From NCBI GenBank assembly GCA_015064725.1, contig SVRQ01000002.1, forward strand, positions 17,972-81,971: 64,000 bases of DNA. Reading direction: 5' to 3'. Shown here piece after piece: positions 28,891 to 39,194 of this stretch; position 1 is the first letter of the stretch; every line of letters starts with the position of its first letter. Below the pieces are notes generated by a model. It was not told the origin of the DNA. It saw only the letters and a program-made list of their open reading frames with translations, and made no database searches. The stretch comes from Oscillospiraceae bacterium (GTDB taxonomy: Bacteria; Bacillota; Clostridia; Oscillospirales; CAG-272). The position numbers were made by a program, and so were the translations under genes.

Positions 28891-30204
28891 ATGACTTACA
28901 ATAAGAAAACAATCGAAGACATTGATGTCAAAGGCAAAAAAGTCCTCGTAAGATGCGACTTTAACGTACCCGTAAAGGACGGCGTTATCACAAGCGACAA
29001 GAGAATCGTAGAAGCTCTTCCCACGATCAAATACCTTGTTGCACAGGGCGCAAAAGTAGTTCTTTGCTCTCATATGGGCAAGCCCCACGCTATCTTTGAA
29101 AAGAGCTTCAAGCTCACAAAGAAAGAGCTTGCTAAGATCGCAGAGCTTCCCGCAGAAGAACAGGAAGCAGCTACTGCAAAAGCTTTTGAAAAAGCTCAGG
29201 GCGACGTTACAAAATTCTCCCTCAAGATCGTTGCAGACAGACTCAATGAGCTTCTCGGCGGCATCGTAACATTTGCTGCAGACACAGTTGGCGCAGATGC
29301 ACAGGCAAAGGTTGCTGCTCTTGAAGAAGGCAAGATCGTTCTTCTCGAAAACACACGCTTCAATGCAGGCGAAACAAAGAACGACGAAGAATTCTCCAAG
29401 AAGCTTGCTGCTTTCGGTGACGTATTTGTAAACGATGCTTTCGGCTCCGCACACAGAGCGCACGCTTCCACAGCAGGCGTTACACAGTTCGGCGGTCTTC
29501 CCGCAGTTTGCGGCTACCTTATCCAGAAAGAGATCTCCATTATGGGCAAGGCTCTTGAAGATCCCAAGCGTCCTTTCGTTGCAATCCTCGGCGGCGCTAA
29601 GGTTTCCGATAAGCTCAACGTTATCAAGAACCTCCTTACAAAGGTTGATACGCTTATCATCGGCGGCGGTATGGCTTACACGTTCCTCAAGACAAAGGGC
29701 TATGAGATCGGTACATCCCTCTTCGACGAAGAAAAGGTTGACTATTGCCGCGAAATGCTCGAGCTTGCAGAAAAGAACGGCGTAAAACTCCTCCTCCCCA
29801 TCGATACAGTTGTTGCTAAGGACTTCCCCAACCCCATCGATGCAGAGATCGAAGTTACAACAGTTCCTTCCGATGCTATTCCCGCAGATATGATGGGTCT
29901 TGACATCGGCGAACAGACAAGAGCTCTCTTTGCAGACGCTGTTAAGAACGCACAGACAGTTGTTTGGAACGGACCTATGGGCGTATTTGAAAACCCCACA
30001 CTTGCTAAGGGTACGATCGCTGTAGCTCAGGCTCTTGCAGATTCCGATGCCATTACTATCGTTGGCGGCGGTGACTCTGCGGCTGCTTGCGAACAGCTCG
30101 GCTTTGCTTCCCAGATCACACACATTTCCACAGGCGGCGGCGCATCTCTCGAACTTCTTGAAGGTCTTGAGCTTCCCGGTATCGCTTGCCTCGAAAACAA
30201 ATAA
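28891..30204 (+). CDS. pgk: Phosphoglycerate kinase
   Basis: [58 protein letters not shown]. Confidence 0.97.
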   Translation: MTYNKKTIEDIDVKGKKVLVRCDFNVPVKDGVITSDKRIVEALPTIKYLVAQGAKVVLCSHMGKPHAIFEKSFKLTKKELAKIAELPAEEQEAATAKAFEKAQGDVTKFSLKIVADRLNELLGGIVTFAADTVGADAQAKVAALEEGKIVLLENTRFNAGETKNDEEFSKKLAAFGDVFVNDAFGSAHRAHASTAGVTQFGGLPAVCGYLIQKEISIMGKALEDPKRPFVAILGGAKVSDKLNVIKNLLTKVDTLIIGGGMAYTFLKTKGYEIGTSLFDEEKVDYCREMLELAEKNGVKLLLPIDTVVAKDFPNPIDAEIEVTTVPSDAIPADMMGLDIGEQTRALFADAVKNAQTVVWNGPMGVFENPTLAKGTIAVAQALADSDAITIVGGGDSAAACEQLGFASQITHISTGGGASLELLEGLELPGIACLENK

Positions 30205-30226
30205 TTTTTAGAAGGAAGACGTTAAA

Positions 30227-30994
30227 ATGAATAAAGCTAAGAGAAACGTTGTTATTGCGGGCAACTGGAAAATGAATATGACACCTGCTCAGACAACGGA
30301 ATTTATAACAACACTTGCTCCTATGGTTGCAGGTATGGACGGCTGCAAAGTAGTTCTCTGCGTTCCCTACGTTGATATCGCTGCTGCTGTTGCTGCTGCA
30401 AACGGCACAAATATCGAGATCGGCGCAGAAAACGTTCATATGGAAGCTAAAGGTGCTTACACAGGCGAGATCTCCGGCGAAATGCTCGCTGCTTGCGGCG
30501 TTAAATACGTTATCGTTGGTCACAGCGAACGCAGACAGTACTTCGGCGAAACAGACGTTACTGTAAACGGCAGACTCAAAGCAGGTCTTGCAAACGGTCT
30601 TAAAGTTATCCTCTGCGTTGGTGAAACTCTCACAGAGCGCGAACAGGGCATCACATTTGAAACTGTTGCAAAGCAGACAAAGATCGCTCTTCTCGGCGTA
30701 ACTGCAGAAGAACTCAAGAACGTTATCATCGCTTACGAACCCGTTTGGGCTATCGGCACAGGCAAAACAGCTACTTCCGCACAGGCAGAAGAAGTTTGCG
30801 CTGACATCCGCGGTGTTGTTGCAGGTCTTTACGGTGCAGAAGCTGCAGAAGCTGTTACTATCCAGTACGGCGGTTCTATGAACGCAGGCAATGCGGCTGA
30901 ACTCCTTTCTATGGAAAACATCGACGGCGGTCTTATCGGCGGTGCTTCCCTTAAGACAGCGGACTTCACAACTATCGTTAAAGCTGCTCAGTAA
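30227..30994 (+). CDS. tpiA: Triosephosphate isomerase
   Basis: AGNWKMN, GHSERR, AYEPVWAIGTG, YGGS, DGGLIGGASL. Confidence 0.97.
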   Translation: MNKAKRNVVIAGNWKMNMTPAQTTEFITTLAPMVAGMDGCKVVLCVPYVDIAAAVAAANGTNIEIGAENVHMEAKGAYTGEISGEMLAACGVKYVIVGHSERRQYFGETDVTVNGRLKAGLANGLKVILCVGETLTEREQGITFETVAKQTKIALLGVTAEELKNVIIAYEPVWAIGTGKTATSAQAEEVCADIRGVVAGLYGAEAAEAVTIQYGGSMNAGNAAELLSMENIDGGLIGGASLKTADFTTIVKAAQ

Positions 30995-31273
30995 CTTACT
31001 TTTTCTTTCGGAGAAAAAGTAAGCAAAAAGAACTTTGCTCAAATGATTTTGCCTTCCCTCGCGACAGCGAGATGGGGAAGGTGGACCGCTTGCGGTGGAT
31101 GAGGTTTGTGCAAATTTTAATCTTTTTGCAGGGACAGGCGTCCTCGACTGTCCGATATACATTTTGTCAATAAAAAACTTCCCTTGAAAAAGGGAAGTTT
31201 TTTGCGTTTTGTTTGATTTTTATAAAAATTTAATTTTCGCTCATTTTTGCAGACGACCAATGGTCGCCCCTAC
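30995..31273. repeat. Mosaic of three repeat families (T/A-tract hairpin, RIME-like unit, two GTAG-type REPs)
   Basis: cttactttttctttcggagaaaaagtaagcaaaaag (30995), gccttccc..ggggaaggtgg..gcggtggatgagg (31051), gcagggacaggcgtcctcgactgtccg (31128), gacgaccaatggtcgcccctac (ends 31273). Confidence 0.75.
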
Positions 31274-31345
31274 GGATAATAATGAATTTTCACAAAAATT
31301 ATGGATTTTTAAGCAAAATTCATTTTCCGCAATTTTCTTTGCTTT

Positions 31346-32161
31346 TTATTTGGATTTTTGCTGTTTGGAAGTTTGTCTTTTTTCTTTCGCATATTCCGTT
31401 GGGGAAAGACCGGTTATCTGCGAAAATTGCCTGTTGAACGTGCGAACACAGGTGTATCCCACCTCATACGCAATATCCGTCACGCTCATATTCGTGCTGC
31501 GCAAAAGGCGTCTTGCCGCGTGTATGCGAAGTCCGCGCAGATAATCCGTAAAGCTTGTTTTAATATCCCCGGAAAAAACGCGGGAGATATAATATTTGCT
31601 GTAGCCCAGCTCCGCGGAAAGCGTATCTAGGTTGATATTTCTTTTATAGTTCATATCGCAGAAGGCAAGTATCTTTTGCGCGGCGGTCAGATCCTTTTCC
31701 CTCTCCGGCGGCTCTGCGTCCGCACGGAGTAAAAGCTCGGATATTATCGCGGCGGCGTACGATATTGCGCCTTGTGATGCCGTCGGCTTCGTGCTCTGCA
31801 CAAGTGCTTCCATCCTCAGGAACAATTGCTTGGCAAAATCCAGGTCTTCAAGGTGTATTACGGGACAAGCGGTGTTGTATGCCGCCGTTTCCCCGAATAG
31901 CGGCGCGATATCCTCCGGAGGACAGATCAAAAGATGTGCCCAAACCTCCTCTTTGTCTTCATAGGAATGGATGGTGTTCGGCGGCACAAAGAAAGCATCG
32001 CCCTCTTTCACGGTATATTTTTTGCCGTGGATGAACATATTTGAGCTGCCTTTGATAATCAAGCCCGCTTCTATCCTGCTGTGAAGATGCGGAAAGCACG
32101 AAAGCTTGTTTTTGAGAATTGCGGTAAGAGTGCCTTTTCCCGCCGTTTCGTAGAGTACCAT
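31346..32161 (-). CDS. AraC family transcriptional regulator
   Basis: Cupin N-terminus (PHLH..IE, PNTIHSY). C-terminal double HTH (LGYSKYYISRVF, SVTDIAYEVGY...RTFNRQF....GLSPTEY). Confidence 0.9.
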   Translation of the reverse strand: MVLYETAGKGTLTAILKNKLSCFPHLHSRIEAGLIIKGSSNMFIHGKKYTVKEGDAFFVPPNTIHSYEDKEEVWAHLLICPPEDIAPLFGETAAYNTACPVIHLEDLDFAKQLFLRMEALVQSTKPTASQGAISYAAAIISELLLRADAEPPEREKDLTAAQKILAFCDMNYKRNINLDTLSAELGYSKYYISRVFSGDIKTSFTDYLRGLRIHAARRLLRSTNMSVTDIAYEVGYTCVRTFNRQFSQITGLSPTEYAKEKRQTSKQQKSK

Positions 32162-32170
32162 AAGCGCACC

Positions 32171-32920
32171 TTAAAAAATTTCTATTCCCACGGGGCAATG
32201 GTCGCTTCCCATAACGTCCGTAAGAATGAAGCTGTCCTTGACGTTTTCCATAATGCGGCTTGAAACCACAAAATAGTCTATGCGCCATCCAGCGTTTTTT
32301 TCTCTTGCCTTAAACATATAGCTCCACCAGGAGTATTTTACCGTATCGGGGTAGAGCGTGCGGAACGTATCGCAAAAGCCGCTTTCGAGAAGCTTTGTAA
32401 ATTTTTCGCGTTCCTCGTCGGAAAAGCCTGCGTTGAAATGATTTGTTTTAGGATTTTTGAGGTCTATTTCGTTATGAGCCACGTTGAGGTCGCCGCAGTA
32501 GATGACGGGCTTTTTCGCATCAAGCGCGAGAATATATGCGCGAAGTGCATCCTCCCACTCCATACGGTAGGAAAGACGTGCAAGCTCGCGCTGTGCGTTG
32601 GGCGTATAGACGCACAAAAGGTAAAAATCCTCATATTCGAGCGTGATTGCTCTGCCCTCCGTATCGTGCTCCGGAACACCGATCCCGTAATTTACGGAGA
32701 GGGGCTGATGCTTTGTGAATATTGCCGTGCCCGAATATCCCTTTTTCTCTGCGCTGTTCCAGTATTGAAAATATCCTTCGGGGGCGAACTCTGCCTGACC
32801 TTGTTGCATCTTCGTTTCCTGCAGGCATACAAAATCTGCGTTTTGCTCCTTAAAAAAGTCCGCAAAGCCTTTTTCAAGGCAGGCGCGAAAGCCGTTTACG
32901 TTCCAAGAAATAAATTTCAT
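32171..32920 (-). CDS. xth: Exodeoxyribonuclease III / AP endonuclease
   Basis: SWNVNG, LQETK, KGYSG, YTPN, GDLNVAH, SWWSY, GWRIDY, GSDHCP. Confidence 0.95.
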   Translation of the reverse strand: MKFISWNVNGFRACLEKGFADFFKEQNADFVCLQETKMQQGQAEFAPEGYFQYWNSAEKKGYSGTAIFTKHQPLSVNYGIGVPEHDTEGRAITLEYEDFYLLCVYTPNAQRELARLSYRMEWEDALRAYILALDAKKPVIYCGDLNVAHNEIDLKNPKTNHFNAGFSDEEREKFTKLLESGFCDTFRTLYPDTVKYSWWSYMFKAREKNAGWRIDYFVVSSRIMENVKDSFILTDVMGSDHCPVGIEIF

Positions 32921-33090
32921 ATTTTTCTCCTTGTTATAGCCGTGCCGATAATCCTTTCGGCTATAGGGTTGATACCTCTATTATAATACATTTGCTCTTT
33001 AAAAGCGAGGTTATTTTTCAAAATATTATTGGATTTTTGCTCACAAAGCGATATAATATAAACGTATAAAATAAAAAAGCGGTGATCGAT

Positions 33091-33972
33091 ATGAAAATGA
33101 ATAAGAATTGTGAAAAATGTCTTTTTGATAAAAACGAAAAGCGCATACCCTGCGGTGTTTCGGCGGAAAAAAGGGAGGCTTTTCTTGCATCCCTTGCCTG
33201 CGTGATAAATGAAAACCGAGAAAAGAGCGCGCCCGAGGTAGTGGAAAAAATAAATGAATTAAGGTGTGAATTTTTCGGCGGGACGGAGGATTACACAGAG
33301 ATAAAAAAGCATTTCAACGCTCTTATGCTGGGGCTTGAGGAAGAGCTTTGGCAAAACGTAAATGATTCAAAAGACCCTCTTATGCTTGCCGTGCAGTATG
33401 CTATGGCGGGGAATTTTATCGATTTCGGTGCTTCCGAGCGCGTGGATGACGAAAAGCTTCAAGAATTTCTTTCGGCGGCAAAGACGGCGAAGGCGGACGA
33501 GGCTGCCGTAGAAAAGCTTCGCTTTGATATATTCAAAGCAAAAGAGATCGTCTTTTTTACGGACAACTGCGGGGAGATAGTTGCGGATAAAGTGCTTATC
33601 CGCGCGATGAAAAAGCTTAACCCGAATGTCCGCATTACAGCGATCGTGCGCGGCTCTCCGGTGCTTAACGATGCCACGCGGGAGGATGCAGAGCAGGTGC
33701 GCCTTGATTCTGTTTGCGACAGAGTGCTTGACAACGGCACCGCTATTGCGGGAACAGTAATGGAACGGATGAGCGAGGACGCAAAAAAAGCCGCACTTTC
33801 TGCGGACGTGATAATTGCAAAGGGGCAGGGAAATTACGAATCCCTTTGCGGATGCGGTCTTCCCGTTCATTATATTTTTATGTGCAAGTGCGAGCTTTTT
33901 GTAAACCGCTTCCGCGTACCGCGATACAGCGGTATCATCACCAAGGAGGGGGAGCACGGCGCGGAAGAATAA
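33091..33972 (+). CDS. DUF89/ARMT1-like damage-control phosphatase
   Basis: N-terminal CxxC, AGNFIDFG, DNCGEIVAD, RGSPVLNDAT, KGQGNYESL. Confidence 0.85.
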   Translation: MKMNKNCEKCLFDKNEKRIPCGVSAEKREAFLASLACVINENREKSAPEVVEKINELRCEFFGGTEDYTEIKKHFNALMLGLEEELWQNVNDSKDPLMLAVQYAMAGNFIDFGASERVDDEKLQEFLSAAKTAKADEAAVEKLRFDIFKAKEIVFFTDNCGEIVADKVLIRAMKKLNPNVRITAIVRGSPVLNDATREDAEQVRLDSVCDRVLDNGTAIAGTVMERMSEDAKKAALSADVIIAKGQGNYESLCGCGLPVHYIFMCKCELFVNRFRVPRYSGIITKEGEHGAEE

Positions 33973-34040
33973 AAAAGTAAAACAGTCTATTCCGCTGATA
34001 TGCACCGCCAAAAGAGTCTGACTTTTGGCGGTGCATATTT

Positions 34041-34460
34041 TTACGAATTCAGCTTTTTGAGTGTTTCTTTTATTGCCGCAAGCGCTTCTTCCGGGGAGGA
34101 GCAGTTCATTGTTGCCTGCTCCATCGGGCAAAAGCCCGTGTCCGTTCTGTTGCGTATCATCGGAACGAGCGTATCGTATGAAACGGCAACTCCGTTCCCG
34201 AGAAGGAGCGAGAGCGCGTGCTCGCTTATAACAAGCGCGTGAAGCTTTTTTACGCCGAGCAACAGATAGAGAAACGCGGCGGCTTTGCCCACGACCTTAT
34301 CTGCCGCGCAAAAGCTTTCAAGGCTTTTGCTCTGCGAGAGCAAAGCCAAAAGCGGTTTTACGCCGCGCTCGGAAAAGGAGATAACTTCATCTCCTTTTAC
34401 CAGAACACAGGTGAACGCACCGTTTTCAAGAATTTCTTTTGCTTTTATTAAATCGTTCAT
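34041..34460 (-). CDS. DUF1893 (TM1506-like) protein
   Basis: ERGVKPL, ADKVVGKAAA, VIS..A, I.NR..TGFCPME. Confidence 0.8.
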   Translation of the reverse strand: MNDLIKAKEILENGAFTCVLVKGDEVISFSERGVKPLLALLSQSKSLESFCAADKVVGKAAAFLYLLLGVKKLHALVISEHALSLLLGNGVAVSYDTLVPMIRNRTDTGFCPMEQATMNCSSPEEALAAIKETLKKLNS

Positions 34461-34463
34461 AGC

Positions 34464-35579
34464 TTATTTTTTCTCAAATGCGGCGGCAACGTCGCGAAGG
34501 AGCTTGCGGATGGGCAGCTTCTGCGGGCAGGCGGCTTCGCACGCGCCGCAACCGATACAATCGCTTGCTTTGGCACCGCCCTCCGTATGTACGCCGTAGT
34601 AATAGCCGGAGTTCCAGTTATTAAAGGCTATTTTATCGTTCATACAAGAGAAGAGGGAGGGGATGGGAATGTTTTTCGGGCAGCGCTCCGTGCAGTATTT
34701 GCAATCCGTGCAGGGAATGAGGTTTTGCGCGTGGAATATCTTGCAGACCTTGCCCACGGCTTCCATCTCTTTTTCGTCAAGCGGACGGAAATCCTTCATA
34801 TATCCGATGTTATCGCGCACCATTTCGAGGTTGCCCATACCGGAAAGCGTCATAAAAATGCCCTCGAAGCTTGCGGCAAAGCGGATGGCGTAGCTTGCGT
34901 TGGAGCCACCGCCAAGCTCTGCGAAGATCGCCTGCGCTTCCGCAGGGAGATTTACAAGGCTTCCGCCCTTTACGGGTTCCATAACGATGACGGGCTTTTT
35001 GAATTTACGGCAGACCTCGTAAACCTTACGGGATTGAACGCTTGCGTCCTCAAAATCCGCGTAGTTGAACTGTATCTGAACCACTTCCACCTCGGGGTAT
35101 GCGGTAAGTATTTCTTCCAGCACCTCTGCCGTGTCGTGGAAGGAGATACCGAGGTGCTTTATCTTGCCCTCTTTTTTCAGCTCTGCCGCCGTTTCGTATG
35201 CGCGGCATTTTTTGTATTTTTCAAAAAGCTTTTTGTTTTGCGCGTGCATAAGGTAAAAATCGAAGTAATCCACGCCGCAGATACGGAGCTGTTCTTCAAG
35301 GAAGGGGCGAATGTCCTCTTGCTTTTCAAAAAAGTTGGAGGAAAGCTTGTTTGTAAGGATATAGCTTTCTCTTGGGTAACGGGAGGTAAGGCATTCTCTT
35401 ACGGCGATCTCGCTCTTTCCGCCGAGGTATCCGTGCGCGGTATCAAAATAATTAAAGCCTGCCTCCATAAACTCATCCACCATTTGGCAGAAGAGCTCGT
35501 TATCTACGTTTCCGTCTTTCATCGGAAGTCTCATACATCCGAAGCCGAAATTTTTCTTTATATCAGGGAATGTTTGCAT
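34464..35579 (-). CDS. Aldo/keto reductase with C-terminal 4Fe-4S dicluster
   Basis: FGFGCMRLP, NYFDTAHGY, GISFHD, VMEPVKGG, CTDCKYC...CP and CIGCGACEAACPQ. Confidence 0.88.
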   Translation of the reverse strand: MQTFPDIKKNFGFGCMRLPMKDGNVDNELFCQMVDEFMEAGFNYFDTAHGYLGGKSEIAVRECLTSRYPRESYILTNKLSSNFFEKQEDIRPFLEEQLRICGVDYFDFYLMHAQNKKLFEKYKKCRAYETAAELKKEGKIKHLGISFHDTAEVLEEILTAYPEVEVVQIQFNYADFEDASVQSRKVYEVCRKFKKPVIVMEPVKGGSLVNLPAEAQAIFAELGGGSNASYAIRFAASFEGIFMTLSGMGNLEMVRDNIGYMKDFRPLDEKEMEAVGKVCKIFHAQNLIPCTDCKYCTERCPKNIPIPSLFSCMNDKIAFNNWNSGYYYGVHTEGGAKASDCIGCGACEAACPQKLPIRKLLRDVAAAFEKK

Positions 35580-35754
35580 ATCATTTCTCCTTATTGCGGT
35601 TTTATCTATATTATACAACCGGGCAGGGTGTTCCTGCAAGTGATTTTGATAAAAACATCAAATTAAAACAAAAATACTGTTGGAAAATATTCGCAGATAT
35701 GTTATACTGTTTTTGTAATGTAAGAAAGAATATTATTTATCAAGGAGTGATATT

Positions 35755-36966
35755 ATGAAATACGATTTTACGTCTATTATAGACCGCAGGGGAAAGGATG
35801 CCCTTGCAATAGATGCGCTTGGCGTCGGCTTTGCGCCCGGTGCGCCCCAAGAAGGCTTCGATGCTATCCCTATGTGGGTTGCGGATATGAACTTTGCAAC
35901 CGCCCCCACGGTAGTAAATGCGATAATCGAGCGCGCCGCTCACCCTATGTTCGGCTACTTTTCCACAAGGGACGAATATTACGATTCGATAATAAAATGG
36001 CACGAAACGCGCAACGGCGTTACGGGGCTTTCGCGCGAGCATATCGGGTATGAGAACGGCGTTCTCGGCGGTCTTATGAGTGCGCTTTCCATCCTTTGCT
36101 CTATGGGTGAGAGTGTACTTGTCCACTCTCCCACTTATATGGGCTTTACGGGCTCTCTCAAAAATGCTGGATATAAAATAGTCCACAGCCCTCTTGTGCT
36201 TGATGAAAACAACGTATATCGTATGGATTTTGAAGATATGGAGCGTAAGATAGAAGAAAACCGCATCCACGCGGCGATCTTCTGCTCCCCCCACAACCCC
36301 ACGGGAAGAGTTTGGGAGCGTTGGGAGATAGAAAAAGCGATGGAGATATACAAAAAACACGACGTTTACGTTGTGTCCGACGAGATATGGTCCGATATAA
36401 TCCTGTTCGGCAATAAGCACGTTCCAACGCAGTCCGTAAGCGAGGATGCGAGAAACAGAACCATAGCTCTTTACGCGCCCTCCAAGACGTTCAACCTTGC
36501 AGGTCTTATAGGTTCATATCATATAATATATAATAAACTCCTGCGCGACAGACACAGAAAAGCATCTTCGCTTTCTCATTATAACTCCCTCAACGTGCTT
36601 TCGCAGCACGCGCTTATCGGGGCTTATAAGGATGAGGGTCACGAATGGGTGGACGAGCTTTGCACGGTGCTTTCCGGCAACGTGGACTACGCCTGCAACT
36701 ATATAAAAGAGCATTTCAAAGGTGTTCACGTTTCAAGACCGCAGGGAACTTATATGGTGTTTATGGACTGCCGCGAGTGGATGGAGGAGCACGGCAAAGA
36801 TCTTCACGATCTCCTTAAAGCCGGCTGGGACGTTGGCGTTGCTTGGCAGGACGGCACACAGCACGGCGGCACGACGCACATAAGGCTCAATCTTGCGCTG
36901 CCGCTTTCAAGGGTAAAAGAAGCCTTTGACCGTATGGACAAGTACGTTATTAATGTGCAAAAATGA
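35755..36966 (+). CDS. MalY/PatB family PLP-dependent enzyme (C-S lyase / class I-II aminotransferase fold)
   Basis: PMWVADMNF, CSPHNPTGRVW, SDEIWSD, APSKTFNLAGL (PLP Lys), RLNLA. Confidence 0.88.
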   Translation: MKYDFTSIIDRRGKDALAIDALGVGFAPGAPQEGFDAIPMWVADMNFATAPTVVNAIIERAAHPMFGYFSTRDEYYDSIIKWHETRNGVTGLSREHIGYENGVLGGLMSALSILCSMGESVLVHSPTYMGFTGSLKNAGYKIVHSPLVLDENNVYRMDFEDMERKIEENRIHAAIFCSPHNPTGRVWERWEIEKAMEIYKKHDVYVVSDEIWSDIILFGNKHVPTQSVSEDARNRTIALYAPSKTFNLAGLIGSYHIIYNKLLRDRHRKASSLSHYNSLNVLSQHALIGAYKDEGHEWVDELCTVLSGNVDYACNYIKEHFKGVHVSRPQGTYMVFMDCREWMEEHGKDLHDLLKAGWDVGVAWQDGTQHGGTTHIRLNLALPLSRVKEAFDRMDKYVINVQK

Positions 36967-37811
36967 GCAGAGTAAACAAGATAAAAAGAAATATAAAAAA
37001 TATACCGCGTCCGCCGCTTTCAATACTCGATAAATTTATATATTTTTTTATGATAGCGTTTTTAGCCGTATTGTGGTTTGTTTTGATGTATTCTTTTGCA
37101 TTGCCGATACCTATGTCACACGCTTTTTCTTACGAGGGAACTGTGGCGGCTGTTAATGAGTGGGGGCTTCTATTTGTTTTTCCGCTTGAAATATTGATAA
37201 TGGTTCCTGTAATTGCCGTTGGAATGAGTTGGCAGAAAAAACAACCTATTTTCGGCAACAAAAAGTTTTATACAACGCAAAAGTTTAAAGCAATGTATCA
37301 AACGGCAACGGTACACCCGATATTTTCTGAGGAATTTAAGAAAAATCTGCCCGAAAAGAAAAAACGCAGTATAAAGAGAGCTGTCTGCATATGCCTTGTC
37401 TTGCTTGTCGTGTTCTCTTTATTATCGATTTTGGGTATATGTCCGAGATATGTGCTTGATGAAAACAACAATATATTGAAATATAATTCATTTGACAAAA
37501 ACACGGCTACATTTGATATTACAGATGCGGACAAAGTGATAATAGGTATTGATCATATTAACCATAAAGGCAAAAGTAGGTATTATGTTCAAATACAATT
37601 TGTTTTTGATGATGAAACCTATACCTTCAGCGAAGGTAGTTTCTGTGAAATGAATACGGAAGAAATGCTTCGCTATATGCTTTATTTAAAAAACTTCTTC
37701 CTCGGCAGATGCAAGATAATCGGCGAGGACTATGCGAATGTAGTTATAGGAAGAAAAAAGTATAACTCGACAGAAGCCTATCTTTTATATGAACTGCTCG
37801 ATTTGAATTAA
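36963..37811 (+). CDS. Hypothetical membrane protein
   Basis: Three hydrophobic segments. AT-rich. ATGA overlap with the upstream gene. Confidence 0.6.
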   Translation: MSRVNKIKRNIKNIPRPPLSILDKFIYFFMIAFLAVLWFVLMYSFALPIPMSHAFSYEGTVAAVNEWGLLFVFPLEILIMVPVIAVGMSWQKKQPIFGNKKFYTTQKFKAMYQTATVHPIFSEEFKKNLPEKKKRSIKRAVCICLVLLVVFSLLSILGICPRYVLDENNNILKYNSFDKNTATFDITDADKVIIGIDHINHKGKSRYYVQIQFVFDDETYTFSEGSFCEMNTEEMLRYMLYLKNFFLGRCKIIGEDYANVVIGRKKYNSTEAYLLYELLDLN

Positions 37812-37822
37812 AGGAGATTTTT

Positions 37823-39178
37823 ATGAAAATAGCAATTATAAACGGAAGCCCCAAGGGAAAATACAGCATAACCTTGCAGACCTCTCTCTATCTTGAGAAA
37901 AAATATCCCGAGCACGAATTTTGCGTGCTTCACGCCGGGCAGACGATAAAGGCGCTTGAAAAGGATTTTTCTGCGGCAAAAGAGCTGCTGTCTTCTTGCG
38001 ATGCGGTGGTGTTCTCCTACCCCGTATATACGTTCCTTGCCCCCTCTCAGCTCCACAGATTTATAGAGCTTATGAAAGAGAACGGTGCGGACGTGTGCGG
38101 AAAATACGCAACTCAGATATCTACCTCCAAGCATTTCTATGACGTTACAGCGCACAAATATATCGAAGAAAATGCGCTCGATATGGGAATGCGCTATATC
38201 CGTGGGCTTTCTGCGGATATGGAGGACTTGCTTTCTGAAAAAGGACAAAATGATGCGGAAAAATTCTTTGAACGCTTCCTTTGGTCCGTAAAAGAGGGCA
38301 TTTACACATCACAACAAGGCGAAAAGACGGAGTTTTGCCCCGTCCCCGCGACTGTGCCTGAAATTTTATCCGCAGAAAAGAAAACCGGCAAGGATATTCT
38401 TATCCTTACCGACAACACGGATGCACAGTCCGCGCTTGCTTCTATGATAGCTCGCTTCCGTGCGGTATTCCCGTACGAAACAAGAGTCGTAAACATTTCA
38501 GAATATCCGCTTGCAGGCGGTTGTCTTGGCTGCTTCCGCTGTGCCGTTTCCGAAAAATGCGTATATCGCGACGGATTTGACACGTTCCTGCGCGAAAATA
38601 TTCAAAAAGCGGATGCGATAGTCTATGCTTTTAATATTTCGGACCACTCCATGGGTTCGCGCTTCAAAATGTACGATGACAGAAACTTCTGCAACGGACA
38701 CAGGACTGTGACCGTCGGTATGCCGGTGGGCTATCTTGTTTGCGGCAAATATTCCGAGGAAAACAATCTTCGTACCGTTATAGAGGCAAGGAGCGAAACG
38801 GGCGGCAACTTCCTTTCGGGTGTTGCCACTAACGAATTCAGTACGGATGCGGAAATTGATGCGCTTTCAAAGAGTCTTTGCTTCGCGCTTGAAACGGGTC
38901 ATACCGTGCCGCAGAATTTCTGGGGCGTGGGCGGAATGAAGATATTCCGTGACCTTATCTATCAGATGCGCGGAATGATGCGTGCGGATCATAAATTCTA
39001 TAAAAAACAGGGAATATACGATTTCCCACAGAAAAAACGATTGACGTCTATGAAAATGTATCTTGTGGGAATGCTTCTTTCAAGCGATAAGATACTTTCC
39101 AAAATGGGTAACAAGATGAATGAAGGAATGATCGCTCCGTACAAAAAACTGTTTGAAAAAATGGAAAATAAAAAGTAA
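37823..39178 (+). CDS. Tandem flavodoxin-fold NAD(P)H-dependent FMN reductase / iron-sulfur flavoprotein
   Basis: Domain 1: IINGSPKG..SIT, DAVVFSYPVY. Domain 2: GCLGCFRC.....C..RDGF, ADAIV, FK...DR. Confidence 0.75.
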   Translation: MKIAIINGSPKGKYSITLQTSLYLEKKYPEHEFCVLHAGQTIKALEKDFSAAKELLSSCDAVVFSYPVYTFLAPSQLHRFIELMKENGADVCGKYATQISTSKHFYDVTAHKYIEENALDMGMRYIRGLSADMEDLLSEKGQNDAEKFFERFLWSVKEGIYTSQQGEKTEFCPVPATVPEILSAEKKTGKDILILTDNTDAQSALASMIARFRAVFPYETRVVNISEYPLAGGCLGCFRCAVSEKCVYRDGFDTFLRENIQKADAIVYAFNISDHSMGSRFKMYDDRNFCNGHRTVTVGMPVGYLVCGKYSEENNLRTVIEARSETGGNFLSGVATNEFSTDAEIDALSKSLCFALETGHTVPQNFWGVGGMKIFRDLIYQMRGMMRADHKFYKKQGIYDFPQKKRLTSMKMYLVGMLLSSDKILSKMGNKMNEGMIAPYKKLFEKMENKK

Positions 39179-39194
39179 AAGCGCTTTTGCGCTT

